DNA of 64,000 nucleotides from contig OY970325.1 in the NCBI GenBank assembly GCA_963717145.1, positions 2,496,001-2,560,000 on the forward strand. Reading direction: 5' to 3'. Each line of letters starts with the position of its first letter. The stretch's first letter is position 1. The notes beneath the pieces are model-generated. The model had not been told where the DNA came from. It ran no database searches and worked only from the letters and a program-made list of their open reading frames with translations. A program made the position numbers and the translations under genes. Positions 10,441 through 23,239 of the stretch are shown here, piece by piece. The stretch comes from an uncultured Armatimonadetes bacterium (GTDB taxonomy: Bacteria > Armatimonadota > UBA5829 > DTJY01).

Positions 10441-11319
10441 CTATCGGGGATCGGGGCGCAGCCCGGACAGAACCGCTTGCCTCATAACATCCGTCGGCGG
10501 CTTCCGACCAGTCCATATCTCGAATGAAATCGCCCCCTGGTATACCAGCATACCGACTCCGTTCTCTCCTCGGGCGCCGGCGGCTTCCGCAGCTTCCAAA
10601 AGACGTGTTTTCAAAGGGTTGTAGATCAGATCATATACGAACAATCGGTCATGCAGCCACTCAGACGGGATAGGCTGCTCATCCTCATTCGGATGCATAC
10701 CGACCGAAGTACAGTTGACAAGTAGATCAGCCTCGACGACGGCGTCTCGGGCCTCCGGACTGTTCAGCGCGATGGCTCGGATGGAGCGTCGCCCTCCCGA
10801 GAGAGCCGACCTTAGCTGTTCGGCCAGGTCCTCCGCACGGGTCGCGGTGCGGTTCACTACGGACACCCGCGCCCCGTGAACCGCCAGCGCATGAGCCACC
10901 GCCCTCGCGGATCCTCCTGCGCCAAGCACAACGGCTCGACCGCCCTCGGCCGATTTCCCCTCGGCCTCGAGTGATCGCATGAATCCCTCGCCGTCGGTGC
11001 TATGTCCCATCAGGACTCCGTCTACGTTGTGGACGGTATTCACTGATCCGATCAGCAGGGCCTCGGGGCTGACCGAGTCCAGAAGCTCGACAGCGCGCTC
11101 CTTATGCGGGATCGTCAGGTTTACTCCGGCAATGCCGAGCGCCCTTACTCCCTCAAGCGCATTTTCAAGGTTTTCCGGGATGACATTGAACGGAACGTAC
11201 ACATAATCGAGGCCCAGCTCCTGGAATGCCGCATTGTGCATACCTGGAGAGAGGCTGTGGTACACCGGGTATCCGAAAACGGCGACCACTCTTGTGCGCC
11301 CGCTCAATGGATTCGTCAA
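10441..11319 (-). CDS. aroE: Shikimate dehydrogenase
   Basis: HSLSPGMHN, NLTIPHK, TDGEGF, GAGGSARA; TTG start at 11319 inferred. Confidence 0.93.
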   Translation of the reverse strand: MTNPLSGRTRVVAVFGYPVYHSLSPGMHNAAFQELGLDYVYVPFNVIPENLENALEGVRALGIAGVNLTIPHKERAVELLDSVSPEALLIGSVNTVHNVDGVLMGHSTDGEGFMRSLEAEGKSAEGGRAVVLGAGGSARAVAHALAVHGARVSVVNRTATRAEDLAEQLRSALSGGRRSIRAIALNSPEARDAVVEADLLVNCTSVGMHPNEDEQPIPSEWLHDRLFVYDLIYNPLKTRLLEAAEAAGARGENGVGMLVYQGAISFEIWTGRKPPTDVMRQAVLSGLRPDPR

Positions 11320-11320
11320 C

Positions 11321-11899
11321 TCACTGCTCCGCTTTACTTTGACTGCCCTCATCGGGCGATTGTTCCCCTCGTCCCAGCGAAGAGGACGAGGGCAACGCAC
11401 GGAGAATCATCCTCTCGAAAACCCGGCTGATTCTTGTCCCGAAGAACTCCTTCGGGCTCAATGGTTTCACCAAAATGGTGAAGAGGCTCAATCTATTACC
11501 ACCCAATATATCGGTAAAAATCTGGTCGCCGATCACTGCTGTCCTCTCAGGCGCGATATTGAGGAGTTCCAGGGCGGGCCGAAATGCGCTCTTCCGAGGC
11601 TTCATGCGTCCCTTGACGAATGGGACCTTCAGCTTCTCGGCGAGGATTCTCAAGCGTCCGGGGTACCGCGTGTTCGAGACGATGCAGACCTTCATCCCCT
11701 GAGCTTCGACGCTGCGTAACCACTCCAGGATGACGTCCGAGACCTCGTACCCGTGCCACGGGACGAGCGTGTTGTCGAGATCGACGAGCAGCCCCTCGAT
11801 GCCCAAATCCGCCAGTTCGGCGGGAGTGATGTGAGCCACCGATTCCGCCATGCGGTCGGGGCGACATAGCTCGATAAACCTGCTGAGCTTAACCCGCAC
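11321..11899 (-). CDS. yqeG: YqeG-family HAD IIIA phosphatase
   Basis: DLDNTL, VSN, KP, GDQIFTDILGGNR motifs; GTG start inferred. Confidence 0.88.
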   Translation of the reverse strand: MRVKLSRFIELCRPDRMAESVAHITPAELADLGIEGLLVDLDNTLVPWHGYEVSDVILEWLRSVEAQGMKVCIVSNTRYPGRLRILAEKLKVPFVKGRMKPRKSAFRPALELLNIAPERTAVIGDQIFTDILGGNRLSLFTILVKPLSPKEFFGTRISRVFERMILRALPSSSSLGRGEQSPDEGSQSKAEQ

Positions 11900-12884
11900 G
11901 TTCCCTCCGAGCTTTTCCGATGGCCTGCTGATGCTCTTCGAATGTGCGGCTGAATATGTGAGAACCATCCGGCCTGGCGACGTAATACATGTAGTCACGA
12001 TCGGCAGGACGGAGCGCGGCCTCGACCGAATCGAGGCCGGGACTGGCGATCGGTCCCGGCGGCAGTCCGCGGTTGCGATAGGTATTGTATGGCGAATCGA
12101 CCTCCAGGTCGCGGTATAGCACCCGATCCTTGTGATGGCCGAGCGCATAGAGCACCGTCGCATCGACCTCGAGCAGCATGTCCTTGTTCAGCCGGTTATG
12201 GATCACCGCCGACACGAGCGGACGGTCCTTCGGGATCCTCGCCTCTCGTTCCACCAGCGACGCCAGAGTGACGCACTCGCGGAGGCCCATGCCGCTCCTG
12301 GCGATCTCGTCTGCCAGAGGATCCGCAATCTTGTCGGCGAACGCGTCGAGCATCATCTTGATGACAAACTCCTCGGATGCCCCGATCGGCACGAGATAGG
12401 TATCGGGAAACAGGTAACCTTCCAGGCTGTCCGGATGTGGAAACGAGGTGTCGAACGACGCGCCGCCGTACAGGGCGAGTTCGTCGAAGCGGTCAGCGCG
12501 TCCGATCTGTTCCGCCTGAAGTCGCTCCCCGATCTGGCGGACGGTGAACCCCTCGGGGATCGTGATCCAGCGCGCGGATACGTCGCCTCGTTCGATCTTA
12601 TTCAGCGCCGCTCTCGGGCCCGCCGCCGGGTCGAGTTCATATGCGCCCGGCTTGAGTGATCCGCTCTTGCCGCTCAGCCTGGCAAGCATCTGGAACCCGA
12701 AGGCACTGCGGACGACGCCTCTCTCGGCGAGAATGCCTCCGATCTGGGAGGCGGACGAGCCGTTCGGGATCATCACCCTGACTTTGCCACTCGGTCCGGC
12801 GGCAAACATCGCATGCGCGACCCACAGGAATGCCAGAACGACGATCCCGGCTGCTATCAATATACGAACAGACTTACTCTTCAT
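11889..12884 (-). CDS. mltG: Endolytic murein transglycosylase
   Basis: TIPEG, LEGYLFPDTY, ASLVERE, SPYNTY..GLPPGPI. Confidence 0.95.
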   Translation of the reverse strand: MKSKSVRILIAAGIVVLAFLWVAHAMFAAGPSGKVRVMIPNGSSASQIGGILAERGVVRSAFGFQMLARLSGKSGSLKPGAYELDPAAGPRAALNKIERGDVSARWITIPEGFTVRQIGERLQAEQIGRADRFDELALYGGASFDTSFPHPDSLEGYLFPDTYLVPIGASEEFVIKMMLDAFADKIADPLADEIARSGMGLRECVTLASLVEREARIPKDRPLVSAVIHNRLNKDMLLEVDATVLYALGHHKDRVLYRDLEVDSPYNTYRNRGLPPGPIASPGLDSVEAALRPADRDYMYYVARPDGSHIFSRTFEEHQQAIGKARRERAG

Positions 12885-13317
12885 CGTGCGTTTCTTCGGC
12901 GGCCGATTTCTGGCGGTCCATGTAGGACTGCAGGATCACCGCGGCCGCGTGCATGTCTATGATCTCTTTCCGCTTCTCGCGCCTGTGCCCGGTCTCGATG
13001 AGCATGCGCTCGACCTCGGAGGTCGTGAGGCGCTCGTCCCAGGTCTCGATCGGGACGCGGATTCGCTTCCGGATCTCTTCGATGAACGCGAGGACCTTCT
13101 CGGCCTGGATACCGATCGCCCCTGTTAACATTATCGGCATGCCGACGACAATCCGTTCGACCTGGTATTCTTCCACGAGTTCGCGGACCTTGCCGATGTC
13201 CTTCCTGACGCTGTCAGTGCGCCTGATGACCGTGACGGGATGCGCGCCGAATCCAAGCTCATCACTGACCGCGACGCCGATTGTCTTATCCCCAACATCC
13301 AGGCCGATCAACCGCAT
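12874..13317 (-). CDS. ruvX: YqgF/RuvX pre-16S rRNA nuclease / Holliday junction resolvase-like
   Basis: GLDVGDKTIGVAVSD, WDERLTT, IDxxAAAVILQ. Confidence 0.93.
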   Translation of the reverse strand: MRLIGLDVGDKTIGVAVSDELGFGAHPVTVIRRTDSVRKDIGKVRELVEEYQVERIVVGMPIMLTGAIGIQAEKVLAFIEEIRKRIRVPIETWDERLTTSEVERMLIETGHRREKRKEIIDMHAAAVILQSYMDRQKSAAEETHDEE

Positions 13318-13394
13318 TCTTACCTACCGTTTGCACTGACGAATATCCACCGCATGCTTGCCAATGGGATGATCAGTAAGGAGTCGGACACCAC

Positions 13395-13492
13395 TGTTCG
13401 TACTGGAGTTGTACTCCAGTACGCGCCACTGATCGGGGAGTTCAACTCCCCCACTCAGTTCGCCGGGCGGGAGTACAACTCCCGCCCGAACA
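13395..13492. repeat. Three-hairpin palindromic element (GGAGTnnnACTCC cores), intergenic copy
   Basis: TGTTCG...CGAACA enclosing three hairpins; same architecture as the element in dinG. Confidence 0.75.
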
Positions 13493-13506
13493 ATGTTTGG
13501 TTGCAG

Positions 13507-16154
<2,648 letters not shown>

Positions 16155-16161
<7 letters not shown>

Positions 16162-17093
16162 GCGGACTGCGCCTCCATGAACGCCAGGGTATCCTCGAGG
16201 CTTCGGATTCCCGTGGTCGCGCCGATCGCCGTCACACAGAGCGCGCCGACCGCGTTGGCGAATCGTCCGGTCTTCTCGAGGTCCCACCCCTTCAGTATCC
16301 CGGTCAGGAAGCCGGCGGAGAACGCGTCGCCCGCGCCACACGCATCGACCGCCTCGACGTCGTACTTCGGGATGCGAAGCTCCTCGTCGGCTGACCGAAT
16401 GTAGCATCCCTCTTCGCCCATCTTGAGGCCGACGACCTTCACGCCGCGCTCCATGAGCACCTTCGCGACATCGGCCGGGTCATGCCTACCCGTAACCATC
16501 CGCGCCTCCTCGATGCTCGGAACGGCATAGTCCATATACGGCAGGCACGGCGCGAGAAGCTCCATCCAGCGGCCACGGGAGTCCCAGGCGGTGTCGAGCG
16601 ATGTCGTTATGCCCATTTCCTGCGCGCTCTTGAGCACGCTGGCGGTCGGCTGACCGTCGAACGACGGCATCAGGAACGTCCCGGCGACATGGAGTATCTT
16701 CGCGCCCTTCACGAAATCGAAGTTGACATCGTCCTCGACGAGGGTGGCATTCGCGCCGAGGTAATGGATGAAACTGCGCTCACCATCCGAGTGGATCATG
16801 ACCATCGTGCCGGACGTATTGTTGTCCGGGTCGCGCACGACACCACGCGCATCCATGCCGTGACCTTTGACCGTCGAGATCACGAAATCGCCGAATCCGT
16901 CCTCGCCGACCTTGCCCATGATACCGGTGTCGATGCCGATCTTGGCCAGATCGACGCCGGTGTTCGTCGCACATCCGCCCGTGTGAAGCTCCATCTGATC
17001 GACGAGGACGAGCTTCCCGCGCCCGGGGTACTCGTCAACCGGCTTGCCGAGAACGTCGGCGACCAGGATGCCAAGACAGACTATATCAGCCAT
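16155..17093 (-). CDS. PfkB-family carbohydrate kinase
   Basis: GGCATN and DACGAGDAF motifs. Confidence 0.9.
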
Positions 17094-17133
17094 GATGATG
17101 CATTCCTTTCAGATTGGAGTGCTGGAGCACCGG

Positions 17134-17919
17134 TCAGGCCCGAGGACCGATTCCGTGCTTTTGTGCCGCCCGCGGATCGTCCGCGATCGCATCCCACGGA
17201 TCGTCGCCCGGCGACGGCTCTTTGTCAGGCGGCAGCAGATCATATTTCACGAACAGCGCGCGAGTGGCCCTGGTCAGGATCACGCTGCTCAGACCCATGT
17301 ACAAGATTACCATCGGCACCATGAGGCCTGCGGAAAGGCAAGTGAGGAGTATTATAGCAAACAGGACGAAGCCGGTAAAGGACGGATTGTCGAGCGCGAG
17401 AAGAAACCCTCGCTTGAGCAGCTTGAATGTGCTCGGTCGCTGCTCGATCAGAACCGGGAAGTGGTACAGCGCGCTCATCATCCAGATAAGCATTCCGTAG
17501 AGGAACAACATGCCGAGGCCCTTGACGATCATGTTCCCATGGGACAGGTAGAACCATGCGTTGACTGCAATCAGCAGGGTGATGGCAACCTGGCTGAACG
17601 AGAGCAGGACGGCCCGTCCCCAGTGCTCCCTCGCGCCCCGGAAGAGATCGAGCGGCGTCGGATCGTCGTGGGTGATGATCTTTCGGGCTATATGATACAC
17701 CCCGGCGGTGAGCGGTCCGAGAAGCAGGCTGTACAGGCCGATGACGAACACGATCCAGGCCATAGGCGACGGCACGCGGAGGGCGGCCCATCCCGAGAAC
17801 ATTGCGACTGCGACACCAAACCAGACGCAACTGCAGAATATCACGATCCCGAGGTAATCGTATGCATCGCCGAATGACTTCTTGATCGTCTTCCAGAATC
17901 CAGGCATGGGAAACCTCAT
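17134..17919 (-). CDS. DUF624/YesL-like membrane protein
   Basis: Multiple hydrophobic segments, GPLTAGVY motif, sugar-gene context; start placed downstream of the REP pair. Confidence 0.6.
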   Translation of the reverse strand: MRFPMPGFWKTIKKSFGDAYDYLGIVIFCSCVWFGVAVAMFSGWAALRVPSPMAWIVFVIGLYSLLLGPLTAGVYHIARKIITHDDPTPLDLFRGAREHWGRAVLLSFSQVAITLLIAVNAWFYLSHGNMIVKGLGMLFLYGMLIWMMSALYHFPVLIEQRPSTFKLLKRGFLLALDNPSFTGFVLFAIILLTCLSAGLMVPMVILYMGLSSVILTRATRALFVKYDLLPPDKEPSPGDDPWDAIADDPRAAQKHGIGPRA

Positions 17920-17925
17920 ATCATT

Positions 17926-17990
17926 GTAGTGGCCGTGCCTCTGTGCCGGCCTACTACGTCCGCTGGCCGGCACAGAGGCACGGCCACTAC
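17926..17990. repeat. GTAG-type REP doublet, family A copy 2
   Basis: Perfect 26-bp inverted pair gtagtggccgtgcctctgtgccggcc. Confidence 0.9.
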
Positions 17991-17994
17991 AATG

Positions 17995-19020
17995 CTATTG
18001 CGGGACGACTTGCACCTTTACTGAATCCCGCCCGGCGGCGGTCTCAAGGGCCTTGGATACGTCATCGAGCCCGAAGCGGTGCGTGACGAGCGGCATGACT
18101 TCGACCTGCTTCGATGCGAGCATCTCGACCGCCCGCGCGTGGGTGAACGGGTTGACGAACGACCCTACGATGGTCAGCTCCCGGTAGAAGATGTCGTAGG
18201 GCGAGATCCGCATAGTCTCCTGCGGGCTGACTACGCCGAACTGCAGGATCGTGCCGCCTCTCCGCGCCAGTTTCGGGGCGAGTTCGGCGGTTTCCAGGCG
18301 TCCGGCGCACTCGATCACGACATCTGCTCCGACGACCGTCGATTCCAGCACTTCGGCCTTCGGATCGCAGGCCGAGGGGTCGATCTCGACCTCCGCGCCG
18401 AGTTGACCGGCCATGCGGCGCTTCCTCTCGTCCGGCTCGCTCACGATCACGCGAGCACCGGCGGCCTTCGCCAGTTGAACCATCAGCAGCCCGATCGAGC
18501 CTGCCCCGAGGATCACCACCGTGCTCCCGGCGACGACACGCGCCCGGTCGATACCGTGGATGCAGCAGGCCAGCGGCTCGGCGAACGCCGCTTCATCGAG
18601 GCTGACGCTGTCCGGCACTCCATACGCCTGCTCGGCCGGAACGCGGCAGTACTCGGCGAATCCACCGTCGTAGTTCACTCCGACCGCCGTGAGGTTCTCG
18701 CACAGATGGATCTCGCCACGGGTGCAGAACCGGCATGTATGGTCCACGATATTCGGATCGACGGTAATCCGATCGCCGACCTTGGCATTCGTAACCTCGT
18801 CACCCACCGCGACGATCTCGCCGGAGAACTCGTGGCCGGGAATGACGGGGAACCTGACGATATGCTCGCCGGCAAATATGTGCAGATCCGTGCCACAGAC
18901 GCCGCACGCGTGTACTTTGACCAAAGCATCGCCCGCGCCGATCTCGGGTATCGGCCTCTCTTCAACGACGAGCTTATTCGGTTCAAGGAATACGACCGCC
19001 TTCATCCGTTCACCGTTCAC
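17995..19020 (-). CDS. Zinc-dependent alcohol/polyol dehydrogenase
   Basis: CGVCGTD, GHEFSG, CxxC...C, GAGSIG. Confidence 0.92.
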   Translation of the reverse strand: MNGERMKAVVFLEPNKLVVEERPIPEIGAGDALVKVHACGVCGTDLHIFAGEHIVRFPVIPGHEFSGEIVAVGDEVTNAKVGDRITVDPNIVDHTCRFCTRGEIHLCENLTAVGVNYDGGFAEYCRVPAEQAYGVPDSVSLDEAAFAEPLACCIHGIDRARVVAGSTVVILGAGSIGLLMVQLAKAAGARVIVSEPDERKRRMAGQLGAEVEIDPSACDPKAEVLESTVVGADVVIECAGRLETAELAPKLARRGGTILQFGVVSPQETMRISPYDIFYRELTIVGSFVNPFTHARAVEMLASKQVEVMPLVTHRFGLDDVSKALETAAGRDSVKVQVVPQ

Positions 19021-21057
19021 GGCTTTGCCGCCGGATCATTCTGCAGGCCCTGCAGGCGATGGGTCAACTCGTCGACGTTCACCTGCACCATGTCGAGCGC
19101 GATGAACAGGCTGTTGCCCTTGACCAACTCCTGGGCGCGCTTCACCATGTCCTTGTAGCCGGAGACGTCCATACCCTTTGTCTGACCCTTGGCGATGAGG
19201 TCATTCAGCGTCACCGATGGCCTCCTCCACGACCTCGACCGGCAGAAACCCCTCGGGCCGGATGCCGGTGATCAGCGAAGGCTCCCCAACAATGAGCAAC
19301 TCGACGCGGTTCTTCTTGGGCTTGACCTCGATCTTCTCGCCCGTTGCGCGGGTGATGATCGTGGTCTGATCCGTCGGGACGTGGACCGTCACCGGATCCC
19401 CGGTCGCCCAGATATACAGGCTTTCCTCTCCTCCGGGCATCAGCAGCGCGTATCCCGCCAGCTTGCCACCGAGTACCATGTTGCGACCCGACAGCAGCGC
19501 GGGCAACCACCAGGTCCCCACGCCCAGCTTCTTCACGGACCCCCTGGCCATGCCCTGTGGATAGTATACGACTGTAGGGCGGAAAGCCGCGAACTGCGGA
19601 TCGGACGCCACCGTCGTACCATACTGCGCGAGCCATAGGAGCACGTCAGCGCCTGAGGCCTGCTTCGGGACAGCGCTCTCGTCGAGGAAGAACCCCTTCG
19701 CGCCGAGGTCACGAAGCCCGTTGATGTGGGCGAAAAGCTGGTCCTTCTGCTGGAAAACCGCTCCGTCACCTTGTATGCGGGACACGATCCACATGTTCCG
19801 AGACGAGTGCTCGGCCATCGAGTAGACGTTGCCTCCCTGGGTCGGGAGGCTCTGGAGTCCACGCGCGGGAACCGCCAGTCCATCGAATCCGAAGGGTTGC
19901 TGCTCCTGGAAGAACGGCTGCAGATCATCAGCGGTGAAGACAACGGGCACATCAGCCACTGTGCGCTTCAGGACATCAGCAACTCCGTCCATGTAACTAC
20001 GCACGGATTCGGAGCGAAACTCCACAAGATCATTCCAGAGGGCAGTGGTCGTCGCCTCCACATCGTACTTTCGGCCGGTCTTGTCGTCATATACCGCAGC
20101 GAGTCCCCTGCCCTGTCGCCACATCGGGATCAGGTTGACCGCCTCGTCGAACGATGCTATCTCGTGCCGGAGAACCGACCATGCGACCTTCACGCCGTCG
20201 ACCGTGCGATACTTACGGCTCAGCCATGCCGCGTACTCCATCCTGAAGCCGGGCGATGTCGGAACGAGAGCAGCGACTTCCCCGCGCAGGCCCAATCGCT
20301 CGCCGAACGGATCGGTGAAGAACCGCAGGCCCTTGCCCCACTTGATCTTCGGCAGGACGTATGCCAGCCGGTCCCGGTGCGCGTCGACATCGCTCCAGAG
20401 GTCGGGCAGACTCCAATCCTGCGACTCGGGAACGATCACCTTCTGGGGATAGATGAGCAGGGTATGCTCGACGCCGGCCTCGATGTTCGCCTGCACACTC
20501 AGCGTGCCCCCGGGAACCAACGCCTGCCCGAGGTCGAGGACCGCGGCGCTCTTCGCGTCACAGAGGGCGTAGAAGGCAAGCTTGGTGTCCGGCATCTCCT
20601 TGGTGACAACCCCAGATGTCACGATGCCGCTAACCCTGTTTACGCTCGGATCGATGACGTAGCCGGTGAGCGGCGTATATGGCGAGTCGTCGAGTTCGAT
20701 GCCGTATGTGAGGCCGTTCTCCTCCAGGAGATCGATGGTTTTCTGCCAGGCCTCGACGGGGATAGCGGATATGCCTTTGCCCGGAGTGATGATGATATCC
20801 TTGATCCCCGCAAGAGTGAACGCCTCGAGGTCGTCCCTGTCGGCGGCCAGATTCTCGTCGGTCTGCTCGGCCGAAAGGTACCTGGGCTTGAAGACGAGCC
20901 CGAACGGCACGTATGGCGAGCCATCCCACGTCAGTGTATGGGCGGCGTCTATCGTCCAGGGATGCTTGTCGCCGTCCCGGTCCTCATACGTTCCTGCGAA
21001 CGCGCCGGGGACGGCGATGATAACAAAGCATATCAGTAGGACAAGTGTTGTCTTCAT
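19017..21057 (-). CDS. Secreted hypothetical protein (possibly glycoside-hydrolase-like), frameshift near 19215
   Basis: Signal peptide MKTTLVLLICFVIIAVPGAFA; ORF 19201-21057 continues into ORF 19017-19214 if one base is removed (EEAIVTLNDLIAKG). Confidence 0.7.
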
Positions 21058-21075
21058 GGTGTCAAGAGCCTCTGA

Positions 21076-21190
21076 ACCGTCAGTCCTGAGTGCGCCGGTG
21101 AATGACGGCGTGTATCGAAGGACGGCCTTGCGCCACCGAGCCGTCCTTCGATACACGCCGTCATTCACCGGCGCACTCAGGACTGACGGT
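21076..21190. repeat. Perfect 51-bp inverted repeat with 13-nt loop
   Basis: 21076-21126 is the exact reverse complement of 21140-21190. Confidence 0.9.
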
Positions 21191-21226
21191 ACGCGGTTAC
21201 CGGTACCTATCATACGCGAAATCCGG

Positions 21227-22903
21227 CTACATCCTCTCAGGTGCGCTGATTCCGAGGAGTCGCAGATTGTTCGCCAGAACCGTCCTCGTCGAGTCTGCGA
21301 GCACCAGTCGCGCATCGGTCAACGCTTTGTCATCAGTGATGACACGGCACTCGGTGTAGAAGCTGTGGAAGACCGACGCCAGGTCCTGCGCGTACCGGGT
21401 CAGCTTGTGCGGCTCGTATGCCTGTCCCGCCTCCAGGATCACGTCCGGGAAGTCGCCAAGTTTCTTCATGAGGTCGATCTCGCCATCGTGAGTCAGAAGC
21501 GACAGATCGGCCTCTCGGGCACTCGGAACTCGTACGCCGTCCTCCTCGACTGCCTTCCGAAGAATGCTGCAGATCCGCGCGTGGGCGTACTGGACGTAAT
21601 AGACCGGGTTCTCGTTCGTCTGAGACTTCGCCAACTCGAGGTCGAAATCGAGCCCGCTGTCGGTGCTCCTCATCAGGAAGAAGAACCGCGCGGCATCCTT
21701 TCCGACCTCATCGATCAACTCGGAGAGGAGAACGACATCGCCCGCGCGCTTGGACATCATGACGAGTTCGCCGCCCGAATACAGACGCACGACCTGGAAG
21801 ATGATGATCTCGACTTTGCCGGCATCGTATCCGAGTGCGGCAATCGCGGCCTTGGTCCGGGCGATGTACCCGTGGTGATCCGGACCCCAGACGTCGATGA
21901 CCTTGTCGAATCCCCGGTCGAGTTTGTCGGCGTGATACGCGGCGTCGGCGGCGATATAGGTCGGCTGGCCGTTGCTTCGGACCAGCGTGCGGTCCTTATC
22001 GTCGCCAAATTCGGTGGATTTCAGCCAGAGCGCATCGGCCTTCTCATAGGCGTAGCCCCGCTTCTTGAGCCGCTCGATGGATTCCTGAACCTTCCCGCCG
22101 TCGTGCAGGGTCTGCTCGGAGTACCAGACATCGAACTTGATACCGAACTTCTCGAGGTCCTCCTTCTGCTGATCGAGCATCATCTTCTCGCCAAGATCGG
22201 TGAACGCCCGGACGCGTTCGTCCTCGGGCATGGAGACGAACTTGTCGCCGTTTTCCGCCACGATCTCTTTGGCGATATCGGTTATGTACTCGCCCCTATA
22301 AGCGTCCTCGGGCATCGGGTAGTCCTCGCCGAGTTCCTGCATGTACCGGGCATTGAGCGACCTGCCGAAGTTCTGCATCTGGAGGCTCGTCCGCGCGTCG
22401 TTGATGTATGACTCGCGGGTGACCTCGTAGCCGAGCGACTCGCACATGTTGGCGATGACGTCGCCGGTCGCGCCGCCGCGTCCATGAGCGATGTGGATCG
22501 GCCCATTGGGATTCGCGCTGACGAACTCGACCTGGACCTTGAGTCCCTTGCCGATTTCGGATCGGCCGTACGATTCACCCTGGTCGGCAATCCTGAGAAG
22601 AATGTCGTTGAGCCACGTCGGCTTGAGGTGGAAGTTAATGTACCCCGCGCCTGCGACTTCGGCCCGTTCGATGATACCATCGGCCTTGGGAAGCCGTGCG
22701 ATGATCCTCTCCGCCAACTGGCGTGGAGCGATGCCGACCTCCCGTGCCATCACCATGGCGATGTTGGTCGCATAGTCGCCAAATGCCTTGCCTTTCGGCG
22801 GCTCGAGTGCTATCTCAGGAAGCTGGTCGTACTGAATCTCGCCGGCGTCCCTGGCTTCCTGGAGCGCCTGCTCGATGGCGGCTGCAAGTTTGTCCCGAAT
22901 CAT
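21227..22903 (-). CDS. argS: Arginine--tRNA ligase
   Basis: GDYATN, EFVSANPNGPIHIAHGR, MSKRAG, YYVQYAHARICSI. Confidence 0.97.
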   Translation of the reverse strand: MIRDKLAAAIEQALQEARDAGEIQYDQLPEIALEPPKGKAFGDYATNIAMVMAREVGIAPRQLAERIIARLPKADGIIERAEVAGAGYINFHLKPTWLNDILLRIADQGESYGRSEIGKGLKVQVEFVSANPNGPIHIAHGRGGATGDVIANMCESLGYEVTRESYINDARTSLQMQNFGRSLNARYMQELGEDYPMPEDAYRGEYITDIAKEIVAENGDKFVSMPEDERVRAFTDLGEKMMLDQQKEDLEKFGIKFDVWYSEQTLHDGGKVQESIERLKKRGYAYEKADALWLKSTEFGDDKDRTLVRSNGQPTYIAADAAYHADKLDRGFDKVIDVWGPDHHGYIARTKAAIAALGYDAGKVEIIIFQVVRLYSGGELVMMSKRAGDVVLLSELIDEVGKDAARFFFLMRSTDSGLDFDLELAKSQTNENPVYYVQYAHARICSILRKAVEEDGVRVPSAREADLSLLTHDGEIDLMKKLGDFPDVILEAGQAYEPHKLTRYAQDLASVFHSFYTECRVITDDKALTDARLVLADSTRTVLANNLRLLGISAPERM

Positions 22904-22911
22904 GATCTCTC

Positions 22912-23136
22912 CTAGCCCTTATTCTGTTCCTCGTGCGCACAAACGTTCAACTCGTCCACGATCGCACCGACATCGACGCCGTGCATCGATGCGCCCTCTT
23001 CGATCGTCTCCGCCGATGATATGAGACAGACCGCACAGCCCATTCCGTGCGCGGCGAAGATCTCGGGGGCGCGAGGACAGAGTTCCATCGCTTCTTCGAT
23101 CTTCATTTCCTTTGTGATTTTACAGGCGGTTTCCAT
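22912..23136 (-). CDS. DUF1858 domain protein
   Basis: GMGCAVC...ETIEEGASMHGVD pattern. Confidence 0.85.
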   Translation of the reverse strand: METACKITKEMKIEEAMELCPRAPEIFAAHGMGCAVCLISSAETIEEGASMHGVDVGAIVDELNVCAHEEQNKG

Positions 23137-23171
23137 TTCTCATTCCTCCACATTCGTCAGACCCGGGTCGG

Positions 23172-23235
23172 GTAGTGGCCGTGCCTCAGTGCCGGCCTTC
23201 CGCCTCACTGGCCGGCACTGAGGCACGGCCACTAC
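23172..23235. repeat. GTAG-type REP doublet, family A copy 3
   Basis: gtagtggccgtgcctcagtgccggcc plus inverted copy. Confidence 0.9.
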
Positions 23236-23239
23236 CCGC

